A stretch of 64,000 nt of DNA, from contig OZ037768.1 of the NCBI GenBank assembly GCA_964035545.1, forward strand, positions 2,326,741-2,390,740. Direction: 5' to 3'. A program made the position numbers and the translations under genes. The first letter of the stretch is position 1. Every line of letters begins with the position of its first letter. The stretch is from Bugula neritina (taxonomy: Eukaryota > Animalia > Bryozoa). A model generated the notes under the pieces. That model was not told the DNA's origin. It worked only from the letters and a program-made list of their open reading frames with translations, and ran no database searches. Positions 25,951-39,874 of this stretch are shown piece by piece.

Positions 25951-27409
25951 ATGATTTTTACCAGTTTTTGTATCAAACCTAACTGATATTTTTGATGACT
26001 CATGCCTGCTATAAATAGAGACTATTTTGCTACAGCTCTGTTGAAATCACAACTAGTTGCTGAATTGATAAGTTTAGATTTCGAATGTCACCTTTTAGAG
26101 GTCGAGTTATTACTGGAATCTTTCTGAGAACTGCCAGGACATTTGGTTGTGATTGGTTTATGATTGATACAATAGTTTTGATTGGTCAATTGTTAATATA
26201 GTCCTGGTAGACACTGGCAGGTAGTTTCAGTTTCAACATTAATTTAACCTGCAGTGTGCAAAAATTTCTCATTAACTTCAATAGCTTTACAAACCTGAAG
26301 AAAACTTTGAAAATAATGCTACCAAGGCTGGTGGCTGTTAGGCTGATGATGTTATATCTTAAAAGCTAGATTTTACAACTTTCTCAAAATAGTTAACTGC
26401 AAGTTACAAAACTTGTGACGATATTATGATTAAGTAGGCGTAGAGATGTATACATGCCTCAGACTATTTCAAAGTAATGTGGTAGAGACTTAGTTTCCCA
26501 TCAAAGAATATTTACAGGTATTCAATAAATGTGTTTTGCAGTGGTCCATATGCACACCCATCTATTCAAATATTATATCAAGACTTATTATACGAGATAT
26601 ACTTTTTTAGACTATAGAATGTTATATATTTTTATATTCTGCCTGAAGGTTTATTTACTAATAAAAAAATTTCTAATGCATAGATATTTATATAGCTCAA
26701 TATGCATTGTTAGTTTTTGCTGTACATACTATTTTGTTAAATATTTATTATAAAGAGTGGAATAGTTTGTGTATATTGTGCATTTTACTTACTTTTTCGA
26801 TAAATGATACTTGTAATACAACCGTGGTCACAATGTGTATTTTAAGCTGTGTTTGTGTGCAAGCTCTATAAATACCCATAAACGTTATAAATTCGAGCTC
26901 ATACCTAAACACTAAGATTATCAAATACCATGGGAGAGTATAACCATTTGCAGGATATGCAACCATATGCAAAAAACAAACTAATTTTTTATAAAATTAA
27001 CATTGCTATTAGCACCGAAAACTAAATCGCATTTGATGGCACGATCTGGCCTAAAGCGAGTTAAAACATAAATTTAAAATATAAATTACCTTAGTGGGTA
27101 TTAGCCCAGTTTATGCCGTATTAGCAGACAGAGGTGTGTTTGATGTCAGGTTTATGACATGAAGATTAGTTATTATACAAGTGTGTTATGTGGTAAGGTC
27201 AGCCAGTGTGTTTATGGTTAACATTCTGTCTCCCAGGGCATTAAAAAATTATATTTTTTTTATTTTGATAAAATTTCATGTAAAAGACATGTGAAAAACA
27301 ACTGTGTTATTTCAGCTGTAAATTATGTTTATGGTAAATATGGTTGGAGGTGTTTCATATTAGTTTTTGAAATAAACTAAAATATTTCAATTAGCAATAG
27401 AATATAACC

Positions 27410-27418
27410 ATGTGTGCA

Positions 27419-27517
<99 letters not shown>

Positions 27518-27588
27518 TTGTGTGTTTGTGTTTTTGTGTGTTTGTGTGTTTGTGTGTTTGTGTGTGCGTGTGTGTGTTTGTGTGTTTG

Positions 27589-27623
<35 letters not shown>

Positions 27624-27632
27624 GAGAGAGAG
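27410..27632. repeat. Compound (CGTG)n/(TG)n/(GA)n microsatellite
   Basis: Seen directly in the sequence. Confidence 0.95.
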
Positions 27633-28142
27633 AAAGTTGATTATAAAATGATACTAGTACTTCAACATTATATATACATGTTTTATTACTTTCACATATA
27701 TCCACATATTTATACATTATAGCAGGTTAATTTATTATAGACTTTGTGAAAATTCCCCAAATAAATAGTGTGTAAAGTTATACGCTTGTTGACATTGATT
27801 ATGTGTCAAAATGCTTGTACAAACAATAAAGTTGTAAGTAATTATGTTTGAACGTTGGCAAGTTGAAAAACTTTGTACAAAACATTAGATCTAAAAAGAA
27901 CTTTTTGCTTATACAAGGTAATTCAAACATTTGATTACTAATATCTATCAGTTTGCATAACCAATACTGTTTCTAAAAGTTGAAATGCATGCAAATGGCA
28001 AATTTGTTGAGGAATCATTTGTTTCCAAAGCAAATTTTAAAAAATGCAACAAAAATAGTAACTCTTTACTAAAAGCACACATTCGTTGATTCCTACAATA
28101 TTATGTTTGTGAGTTACTAACTAGGTGGTTAAATAGTAAAAA

Positions 28143-31100
28143 CTACAAACAAACACAGTGTGTTGCTGGGCAGTAAGGATTATCATAGTTGCAGTTGACT
28201 AAGCACCACTGGTCCATCAGGGGATAGTCATAGAAAGGTGCTTTTCCAGCGCAAACTTTTATCATTGGAACACCAGCAGATGGAGCTTGTGTAATTGGTG
28301 CTCTTGTGGTAGTTCTAACTGTAGTAGGTCTAAATGTAGTTGATGTGGTTGTTGGCATGTTTACTTCTGGCATTTGTATTTTTGGTTTGGTTGCTGGAGC
28401 CAAAGCTGGTGCCGGAGTATCTGGGGCTAGAGTAGCTGGGGCCAGAGTAGCTGGGGCCAGAGTGTCTGGGGCCAAAGTGGCTGGGGCCAAAGTAGCTGGG
28501 GCCAGAGTAGCTGGGGCCGGAGTTGCTGGTGCCATAGTAGCTGGGGCCAGAGTAGCTGGGGCTGGAGTATCTGGGGCCAGAGTAGCTGGTGCCGGAGTAT
28601 CTGGGGCCAGAGTAGCTGGGGCCAGAGTAGCTGGTGCCGGAGTATCTGGAGCCAGAGTAGCCGGGGCCAGAGTAGCCGGGGCCAGAGTAGTTGGGGCCAA
28701 AGTAGCTGGAGCTGGAGTAGCTGGAGCCGGAGTGGCTGGGGCCGGAGTAGCTGGTGCCGGAGTAGCTGGTGCCGGAGTAGCTGGTGCCCCAGTAACTGGG
28801 GCCGGAGTGGCTTGGGTTGGAGGAGCTGGGGCCGGAGTAGCCGGGGCCGGAGTAGCTGGTGCAACACCAAAGTTATTTGACAGCAGCCTGATATCTAAAG
28901 TGAGTCTTCTGTTGAGAGGGAAGCCAGCTGCAAGCACAAATGTGTAAACTTTTAATAGTTGGTAATGCATATTGGAATTTTAGAATGTTTTAGACAGAAC
29001 AATTGATTAAATTCTGAACACAAAACCCACTTATAGAACTGTTATTAACTAATGTGTCTCTATATCTTTAGTTTTAAATTTGCCTGTGGTCACAAAATAT
29101 TAGGAAAAAGTATAGAATTTTAGTTAATTTAATCTGAAAGGCTCGAACAGCCTTTGAAGAAGGCATCTAACAATTGCTCATTACCAATAGTTGGACAAAT
29201 TACTTTATCCTGGTGATTAGATAATGCAGGTGTACTGAGAAAATTATAAGCAAAACACATGCTAGAAAGCAGCTTTTATAATGCGAAAAACTTGATGAGG
29301 TTATTTATTAGGACATAATACTGTCATTTCGACTAAAAATTGTAAATGCGTAAGTACATCTCAATCTCTTAGATTATTAGGATACATTAGCCTAAGCTAG
29401 CAACTTAAAAAATAATGTCAAACTTAGTGTACTCACCATTGTCTATGTCAGCAGTGACAAACTCAGGAGGCATCAGCACTCTTCTTCCTTCTCCAATACA
29501 CATGCTATTAACTCCCCACGTAAGTCCCTTCGGCACTTTTTCACTCCCAACTTGGAACTTGAATCGTCCGCCCCTGTTATGAATAAAACCAAATAATCGT
29601 TTGACGCTATGCTCTACATCGCCTACGCAATTTGTTGAAACATTTTTGATGAGGTAGCGACTAAACTGTCAAAAAAGATAACCATTTTAAACATTTGAAG
29701 TTATATAACTCAATACGACATTAAAACGTGTTTGGCATAGCTATATATACTAAACTATTTTGAGCTCCTTATGAAAAAATATGCCCAACGGTACCTTTAA
29801 TGCATTTTACTTCGTAGATTTTAGTTCATATTTCATTCTGTTATAATAACAAAAACTACTCTTACTGAAGTCATGATTGCACTTACACATTGCTTCCTCT
29901 TTTGCCAGTAACCGATTCTCCAGAATATTCTATTTCCAGAATATCATTTCTAAAAACCTGTTTATCAGAGCCACAGGTTGGTCCATCAATCTTTACGTAC
30001 TGAAGTTTTCCACTCACTATCTCCACAAGCTCAGCATCAAACACCAGATCAGTGTTGGGTGGGATAGTTGTTCCTGCACGCCAGGAAAAGTATTTCAATA
30101 CAAGTATGGTTTTATTTGATGTAATGTTTCAGATTAGCTTTAAAAGAATAATCTTGTAACTAATTTAAAAGCAATTTAAAGCAAGTGAGCATGATTTTCA
30201 AGTATACGAGCAATTAACAATTGGTATTTTTACTTGAAATCATTACAACTTCAAAATTTACAAGAGACCAAAGGTTTTGCTGCTCCTAAAACTTACCACG
30301 GCCTTGGCGACCATATCCTAGCAAATGGTGAACTTTTATTTTTCTAACTTCTCCTTCACACATATCAAGAAGGTTCATGTCCAGACCCTGAATGGCGTTT
30401 CCTTCACCTACTGTGAAGTTTAACGTAGAATGCTCATATCTAGAAAGACAAGGAAATTATGCAGATCATGATGAATAACTGTTATTTCTATTGTACATAT
30501 ACAAGTTATTATCAACAGCTCATAAATTAAAAACTGACACCTTTAGAATTAACCATAAACAAAACTTTATATCTAAAGTATTTGATGATAAATAAAAACT
30601 ATTTAGTGTCAGAACTAAGCTAAATTTATAACCATATCAGACTTTCCATCTAAAGTTAAAGTTGAACAAAATATAAACTCCCTGAAAAAAGTGAATAATA
30701 GTTTAAATTAATTTACAATAAACACTAATGATTTAGAAGAGCTGTATAAACTAGCATAAAAAGTGAAAAATTAAGTAACATTATTAGTACTATATAGCCT
30801 CAATATATCTACTCATTAATTGTATAGCAAATATTTTCGGCTAAGTATGAAAATCTTACGTGCTCCAAAAAGGTGCGCCGTTGCTAAGGGAGCCATTATA
30901 ATGGAGCCTAATAGAATCGCCAGGGACAGTCTTTCTGATGCAATTAGCTGGTTTAGAGATAACTGTGTGTCCTGTGGGGCCATTCCAAGTATCGTTCAGT
31001 ATGACCTCAAATATTAGCTTTGAGTTTGGTGGTATTGAGCCTGGAATAGAGAAAGTTTCACTAATGCTGAAAGCCTGAAACTAACAACTCGTGACAAACT

Positions 31101-31853
31101 ACCAAATAGTTGCAGTTGAATGAGTAAGAGGAAACAGAAATTTGTTAGGCAATGGTGATTCAAGTTACTCACTGACTTGTCTGTTGCCATAACCGAGGGA
31201 TGGAGGAATTGTGATAACACGACGCTCTCCCTTACACATTCCTTTCATTCCCATGTCCATACCAGTAATGACAACACCGGTCCCAAGGTAGAAATTGTAA
31301 GTGCTGTTCCTTGAGTAACTGTAAAAAACCCAACAAATAAAAACATCACAATAAAACTAAATACATAAACGTGTTCATCAAAACATATTAAAATAAGTTA
31401 GGATGAAGCACATTTATACATGCTTTCTAAATATCTTGTAGTACTAAAATCGTGAAGCAACCTTCTATATAGCCCTGGCTATAGTAAGCAGAATGGGCTT
31501 TACATTCTGTAGTAAAACTAACAAGAGGCTGGCTTGCGAAAACAATGAGTATTATGTTTTAACCAAAGAGAACTACTTTGAGAAACTGACGCTTACCTGG
31601 AATCAAACATGGTTCCATCCACAAGTCTGCCGACATAGTGTTGATGCACGAAGTCTCCAGACTTGACTTTTGGTGTTCTACCATCCCAGCATGAGTTTGG
31701 CACCCAAGTCTGTTGAATTTTAAATCCCGGTCTATAGTTTTTAGTAAATTCAATAGGGTCAATGAGGTCCAAGTGTCTCCATTCAGCAAACTTACTTGAA
31801 GTGAGAGTAATTGCAGCTGCCAGCAGCAAACCAACCACACAGAGTCTACCCAT
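28143..31853 (-). CDS. Secreted FKBP paralogue (FKBP-B): signal peptide, 3 FKBP domains, Pro/Ala/Thr mucin-like stalk, C-terminal 6-Cys putative chitin-binding module; about 611 aa
   Basis: Exons 31597-31853, 31173-31318, 30860-31040, 30297-30439, 29887-30073, 29437-29573, 28143-28927. Internal exon sizes 146/181/143/187/137 mirror FKBP-A (146/181/146/187/137). The last exon runs LTLDIRLL into (PATxA)n and then CAGKAPFYDYPLMDQWCLVNCNYDNPYCPATHCVCL*. No HDEL. Confidence 0.88.
28389..28863 (-). repeat. Coding 15-bp minisatellite encoding (P-A-T-[L/P]-A)n
   Basis: Recurrent GCCAGAGTAGCTGGG / GCCGGAGTAGCTGGT units on +, about 30 pentapeptides. Confidence 0.9.
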
Positions 31854-34671
31854 TCTAGTTCTGAAATGCAAAATCAATTATAGAAAAATCTCAACAACAA
31901 AATTAGTAGGCTCAAAAGGCATAATTATAAGGAAATAATATTGAGAGTTGGTATTGAGATGTTCCAAATCCAGCAAGTTTTAGTCTCTAAATAAAATGAT
32001 ATATGATTTCTTATATGAACAAGAAAACAACAAATACAGAGAGCAAAACTGTTGAAGCTTAAAAGTCAATTATTTAGATGTCTTAATATTAGCAGCAAGT
32101 CAGCTAATGCTTGTCAAAATTGCAGGACAAAAAGGTAAAAGACTCCAATGATAGTGCATGTCACAGGACAATCCAGGTTAAAGAGCTAAGTATAGGTAAA
32201 ATATTACATAACAACTTTTACTAATTACTATCTTCTAGCCTCAACATACGAGTAGAATATGAATGTATCACATGCATACATTTATAATACCTATCTCTTT
32301 CTTCAGCAGTTATAACTTTTCTTCTCAAAATAAGTTTCAACTAATATATAGCGATATTTTGATCTCACTAATCGAGCAATCGCATAATCTTTTCAACAAC
32401 TTATGCCATACTGCTTTTGGTGCAGAATATTAAGCTGTAATATATATGACACTGATCGCATACCCTGTTAACGAACTGGATTCATTCACCTCAAACACAA
32501 CCCTTCAACTTAATCAGCTGGTACAGATAAGATCCAAGTCGCTTCAAGACAATAAATCGCAGATTAACCAGTCAATAATCCGGCCAGCCGGCTCTTTCTT
32601 AGCTCCTTGTTCTTCTACAATTTGCAATTTACACGATTATCTCTGCTTAGATTCTATTAATCTACAGATAACTTTCTGAGATAATTCTCAACTTTAAGAA
32701 ACCTTAAATCTTATTAGTTTTCTGTAACTGCCATATTTCCTTGGAACTATTGAGCTCAAATTGTTCAACAATATTTTTCTTACTTTGTCAATTGTACTTC
32801 TTTGCTATATAAAACAACTTCCGGTAAAAATATAATTTTCGAGAGTTAATCACTATACCAAACACAAAATTTAAATTTAGCAAAAATCTTCTGTACTGAT
32901 TTTAATTAAGATACAATTTAACTATGGTTACTTAAAGAAATGTTCCCACTTCAATCTCTACACTAAACACAGTTCTATGAGCATTTTTCTGCTTACCTTT
33001 CTGGTAACCTGTCACAGGCCGTCACTGTAGCTAAGTGATCCAGAACCTCTTCACATCATACACTTATACTCCTTTCTGCATGCGTACATCTATCAGAGCA
33101 TGATGCAGCTATGGTGTGACGCAGAGATTAATAAATCCTTCTTCATTTTAACCTTGTTGTAATGATGAATGGTCTTCCCTATCAATCAAAGCCGTGTGAG
33201 CCAATCTGTCCTCATGATTCTTGCCTTGAAGAATGTAAGACGTAAACAGAACAATCATAAAAAAGGGTAAAGTTTAAAAAAGGGTTAAGAGTATTTCTTT
33301 CCTGTGAACAGGATTTTGATTGTTTACTGAATTGAAACCAAATTATGGTTCTACAAAGAAACAGTATTAATAGCCTCCATGTTTGAATTTTTTCAAACTG
33401 CTCATGGTAACACTACTTTGACATATTTAGATGTCGAGTTCTATAAATCAAATCTAAAAAGTCTAGTTTGTGAAATATTGGTTATGTTTTATGTGTTCGG
33501 TTGTCATATTTTTTCAGCTAAACTGTCAATTTGAATATGCTGGTCAATATATCAAACTAGATGAAATAAACCAGTATACATTATAAAGCTGAACTGCCTA
33601 TGTGTCAAAAAGATGGCACACGCAAGCCTCATGCACCAATTAACAAAAAATGCTTATGAAATTAGGAAAGGCATAATCAGCTGCAGGTAGAAATAAAAGC
33701 TGAATCATGGTTGGTTGTGGGCAGTCGATGTGGAAATGCCTATCACGACTATAAATAGTGCTAAGTCGAGCCATATCGTACCAACCGATAGCAGCCGGGT
33801 ATAGTTTTAAGGAAACAAGTCGATGAATAAATTATATTATTGTGAAGTGTGGATTAACATTGGATATAAAGCATTTGAAAACCGCAAAAAATGATTATTG
33901 GATAATTCCTTTAATAAATCACAGGTCCTAACTACAAAAGTCTAGAAATAAGCTTAAACAACTTAACAAAAATGACAGATAAGCCTTTTAGCTAATTACA
34001 ACTGAAGACATTGCTGCTGCTTAAGTGAGACAAAGCAGAATTTATATCTTATTCAAAAATTAGGAAATTTAAATTCAACATGATGACAGAAAGTTGGCAA
34101 AAGAAATATACATGCATTATAACCTAATATTATAATGTAATGTATTATAAAATTAATTATCATAATATAATCAAAATGCGGATAGGATGCGCCTATATAC
34201 CTGATTTTATATTAGAGAGTAGAATAATAAATTGTGTATGCTCTGCAAGTAATTGAAGACATGTGTTTCAGCACCCAACCTAGTCCAAGAAATTAAACTC
34301 CTTATAACTATGTTAATAGTCATGTGCTCAATCTCATCAGTTCTGACTTTGCAGTGTGTTTAATATTGTACTCGTGGGCCATGAAAATGATAGAGAATAT
34401 CAACACAAAGTACCTTCTGTAGCTACCAACATGCGGCTCTTTATTTGATGTCAGAAAGTGCAAGACCTCCCTCTTTTCTTTAAATAGAATCTCTCTTTCT
34501 ACATGCATATCGTGTGATCTACAACTAACATGATGATTTGCAACTACAGATTAACTGTACACATTATAAACTTGTTCAAGTAATATAATTTGATATGCAT
34601 TAAATATAGCCATTCTACAATCTAGGTAAAAGCTTATTGATATTATTTACCAACTGTTAGACCAGCACTAT

Positions 34672-34901
<230 letters not shown>

Positions 34902-37900
34902 GAAATATAAAATTCATATGGAAATAATTAACTCTTACAGATTAAATTAACTAGTGAATTTTTACCCATTTAATAATTTAAAGCTAAATAGAGGAGTTAA
35001 AAGCTTAATCTTTTATCTTCAAATAATTTATACTAAAAGACTATTATACCACTTATACCATTCAATATTCAGTACTCAGCCCTGTGGGTGTACCAAGAAG
35101 TGATTAAGCTGAAAATGTTAATTATTTTTTAGTTCAACTTCATTTCTTGTCTACTTCAAATTAAACTGGTGCATTCAACATTTTGGCTCGACACATACAT
35201 TAGTAACATAAGAGCTTTCATTTTACACACTTGCCTGAGCACAACTGAAAGCTAGCAAATGGAGGTCTGTTGATGAGTTAGCATTGAACTACAGGAGAAG
35301 TGCAACTGTTGACCAGGTTTTTTGATCTGCCTGTTTGATGTTGAGCTAATCAAGCTTCATTAGTTTTTAATTTTAGATGAAGATATTTTGACAAAGACTC
35401 ATGAGTGATGGCCTTAGATTTTATGCAATATGGTTATGGCTGTGCATTATGAGCATACATCTATTTAAATAGCAACTAGAATATATTATGAATTTATGCA
35501 AACGCTTAACTCTTGGATGTTAATATGACTTACTCAAAAGATAACTGCAATTACTGAAAAAAGACAAAAATCCTATAATTCACTTTCTTATCCATTATGT
35601 TTCAGACCTTAAATTTAGTGCTTCTCTTGCTTAAATTAAGATAGAGGCCCAACCCAGGTTTTGCTAAATATCAGTCAGTTTATATTGAATTTTATATAAT
35701 ATGGGATTCAGCTAGCTTGTATATTATTTTATTAAACTGACTTGATTTTTGATCTAAAGCCAAAAATGCATATTTCGACAACCAAATGCAAATTATAGGC
35801 ATAATTAATAGCACCATTAGCATATGATTTATAATTCATTCGCCTATCTTTGATTTTTCATTTGAAAACAGGCAACACTTGACATTGCAAGTTGCATAAC
35901 TCTGTTAAATAGCGCAACTAGACACAGAAAGGAACTCTGCTGATGTAAATGTAGAGTGAGAAAAGAGGCACTAGAGCTTTAGTGACAGATAGCTCGTGTC
36001 AGTCGTGGCATGTCTCGGGTTGTGAGTTGGCATCTTGAGAAGGTGCCCTAAAGCAACCCACTTGTTAAACTCCAAGACATAAATTCAATTTAGAAGATAA
36101 AGCCATGCCAAGTGCTGAAGTGGCATATAGTAAAAGCCTTGGCACACGGTGTGTCTCTGAAACACCAGCTACAAAACACATTAAAATATCTCAATAGGAA
36201 TTCTATGAAACTTCAGTTATACTCTAGGAGAAGCAAATGCGTTTGCTAATTGCTTTACTGCCCAGGTTATAAAAAAATTTTTTTTTTTTAAAATCTTGCT
36301 TACTATTCTTGATAACACACAATTGACTAGAGTAAGCACTAGAAACTAAGTTGATATATAGGAATTAGCCAATTAGATCACAGCAAGAACTTTTGTAGTT
36401 GGCAGTAGCGTTACAGTAGCACACTAAAGAAGAATGGAACACGACGATTTCTGAGATCAACCAATGAGATATATAGATATGCTGTTTAAAAACTTCTGAA
36501 CCCACTACGAATCAAAATGCAGACTTCTAACTTGCAAGCTAGCATTCTAGCCATTACAGTATAAGGGCTACAAAAATCTCAGCGCTATAATGCTATTTAA
36601 AATGGATACCTTACTAGAATACTTGCATTTGTTGCATAGAAGGTTCTTGCCTATATGTTTACGTGGTATTTGCTATTTTTATGCTGCGTGTATATATTAT
36701 TCTGAAAATGGTGTAGAATAGGGCAAATCATTTGTTTGCAACTCTTATTTTGCTCACATGTCTTAATTAGCTGTAAAAAAAATTTCAGCTCTTATTTTCA
36801 ATGATAACCTCAATTTCAGAATTTTTAGAATTAAAGTCTAGTGAACCATTATTCAGTAGGAACCCTGGGATAATTTCGGTTCTGTATGATGTCAGGGTTT
36901 TAGAAAAAGTTCTTTACTAAAGCTATTAAAACTAACAGCATATTTCAGTTGCATAGCAAGACGATTCAGTTTTAAACAGTGCCAGCTATCCTAACATTGA
37001 AGTTAGTAAATCCAGTGATACCTGAGTTCTTTGAAGCACGGAAAGTTGCTAACTTATCATAGAGACCCAATCTTATCCTGCAGAATGCAGATATTAATCA
37101 TCTAGGATTAGGATTTAAAGCATTATTCTCATATCAAATGAGGTTAGAGAACATCTTAACTTAATTGAAAGATGGCATTAAGTCAGACGTAGCTTATAAG
37201 ACATGCTATATCATCCTTGTGTTCTCCTTCCATTGTGATATGATAATCTTGAAAGCTTTGCTTTTTGATGAATATCATTATGAATTATGCATTTCATACG
37301 TTTAAAAATGCAAAGAAATAACATGCAATCATTTAAGGATAAAATTAGATTGACCAATAGACGATTTGGAAATAATTAGGAAACCTGGAATATATACAAT
37401 AGTTAGCTGTTAATTATAAAATTAAAGTGTCTACCCAAATGCATGAATATATTATTAGTGGTAATTATAGAATAACATATGGCATTGAAAAACCTTATAG
37501 TTCATGAATTTCCTCTTTGTGCTCCAAGATACAAATCAAAGTGTTTGGCTTACATGAGTATATGATAGAGTGTTTCTACCAGTACCACCTTGTGGGTGTC
37601 TCCAACTTCCACTACACACCCTCCCAACATTGTCCAGCCCAACAAACACACAGAATACGCACTAATAGGGTGAGCCTCTCTACCATCGCTCATCCCTTTT
37701 TGAATATTGGTTGGATAATTCGTCCTTTTAATTTCATGTCATATAGTAATAATAGAGGTTAAACGATTTTCTATGCTAATTTGAATAACAATCATATACA
37801 GCCTAAGCATAAATTTAGAAAAATAGGTGGCGAAAAGTTATTGCTATTTAAGGGTAACTGAAAGCTCTTGCTTTCACCTTTATATAACAGCACACAGTGT

Positions 37901-39651
37901 GTAAGCTGCATTCTTCAGCTACTATACGGCTATAAAAGTGAGCCTCCATCTTTATCCTATATTGCCAACTGTTCCAGGCCTCACTACCCCTATACATAAC
38001 AGTGACCGCCTGAATGACTACAGAAATTTCACCCCATTGTTGCAATGCAGGATATTTTCCCACTGATTCACATATGCTCTCAAAAACACATATTTAAATG
38101 ACTCACACAAGTAACTCAAAGTTACCACGCGATCTCCACCAATAGTATTTGTGTTCAGTATATGATTTCATTAAATTCCAAAATGGTGTACATTCTTTCA
38201 CAGCAATTTCCTTAATGAAACTCAAAGAATTGAATTAGTATTCTACGGTTACTTGCAGAAATTAAAAAATGTTTCAACTGTACAGCTAGAGTGGTCACAG
38301 AAACCAAAATGCAAATGAAGATATAGTCTGCAATTAACTATCTGCAATCTTCCTTGCATTACAGAGGAAATTATATATAGAAGCTGAAGAAAATCATACT
38401 AAAGCCTACAAACCTGATAATAACCCAAGGTAAAAATCAAAACTCTACTTTTACTATGATGCTAAAAGACACAATTAAACAAGCATATGGTGCTATATAT
38501 AGGTTATGCTGCTATATATAGGTTATGCTGCTATATATAGATGTTACTGAACAACCCCTCATCAGCTAGTGCTTGCTGTCATAGCTACTAAGAACATTCT
38601 TTCAATTGGTCAATCAGGTTTTAACTAAAATGCTAACAATAAATAAATGTGATTGTGGAGATAATAACATACTGATGCTGGGTTTGAACTCTTCCATTTC
38701 CAACTCATTTAAATTAAATATAAACTTTTCTCCCAAAGTTGAAGTTTCTGTATAAATATTTTGTTCAAAACAAGTTAAATAGTTAACTTTTTATCTATTA
38801 ATTATTTAACACCAACTTTATGCATGAACAGATTAACATGTCTGGTTTTAGGGCTGGCAATTTATAAGGCCAGAAGAACTTAGCCCATTTTAATCCAGTT
38901 TGCATTTTAAGTTCTTATCCTGGGTGTGATTTCTTTGATAATTGATGCCATATATCAGCAGATAATAAAAAACTATTTAATGATGAACCAGTGAATTAAT
39001 CAGCATCTGGGATTGCATGGTTACAGTTAATAGTTAATAGTTATAGTAGTCAATAGTTAGAAGTTGATAGTTAGTAGGTAATAGTTGATGTACTACTCAA
39101 TATTGCCAATAGCTACTAGGATACTGTTAGAATTCCTTCGTAAATTACCACCTCAGTACATTTTCATAAAGCACAGCACGGTTAACAATGCTCACCTTGA
39201 AGAAAGGCTTCTAGTCCTGGTGATGTGCGTTTTGCTCAGCAAACCTCTTGAAGTATTCTCTCATCTCTTTTATCTGCTTTTCATTCAACACCTGGAATAT
39301 ACAACCCATCTGAGATTTGGTAACAAAGAGTATTTACAGATAAATCAGCTTCTAAAACAGCAGATACAATATATTATGATGGCGACTAAATCTAATATGT
39401 GCCGCAGAAGCTATGTGATAAGCATATATATATTATAGATATTCATCTTCAAAAAGTTTGGATGTTCAATAATTGGAAAAATATGTGAACTTATTTTAAT
39501 GATTGTGTTCAGTTTCTCCCTATTCATTATTCCATAGTGCTGGCTTAATTAGTATTATAATTTAACAAATGGTTCTCTTTGAAATGTGCATTATGCTTTC
39601 AATATACAATGTTATAAAGTTTTATATTAAAACTAATAAATTTATTATGCT

Positions 39652-39874
39652 AGGAAGCAGCCGTAGTCGAGGGGTTAGAGCGTTTGCTTAGTAAACACTA
39701 AGTCATGGGTTCGAATCCGACAAAGGCCATTGGTGATGTTAAGAATAGCATCTGTGCAGTCATCATTGCTCCTGTGCATCATCTAAATAAGTCCTTAGCC
39801 CGGCTTAACAAAAAAACCTTCTATCATCGGTTTTCTCACAGAGATGGGGACTATAAACTTGCAGGAGTTTAATT
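39652..39874 (+). mobile_element. tRNA-derived SINE with 13-bp target-site duplication
   Basis: A-box-like TAGTCGAGGGG and B-box GGTTCGAATCC in a tRNA-like head followed by a non-tRNA body. Flanking direct repeat AATTTATTATGCT at 39639-39651 and 39875-39887. Confidence 0.8.

Noticed and set aside
27391-27722. ORFs over the (CGTG)/(TG) tract, and likewise 34657-34917, 45858-46118 and 56211-56628
   Set aside because: Microsatellite translations with no coding evidence.
28389-28863. Resemblance to antifreeze glycoprotein repeats
   Set aside because: The unit is a Pro-rich pentapeptide, not the Ala-Ala-Thr tripeptide, and its position fits a linker.
28306-28947. 213-aa Gly/Ala/Val ORF on + and 147-aa ORF 28427-28870 on -
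   Set aside because: Shadow frames of the FKBP-B coding repeat; only the PATxA frame is continuous with the FKBP domain and the Cys module.
39652-39730. Functional tRNA gene
   Set aside because: Poor acceptor and anticodon stem pairing, and it continues into a TSD-bounded body, so it is a SINE head.
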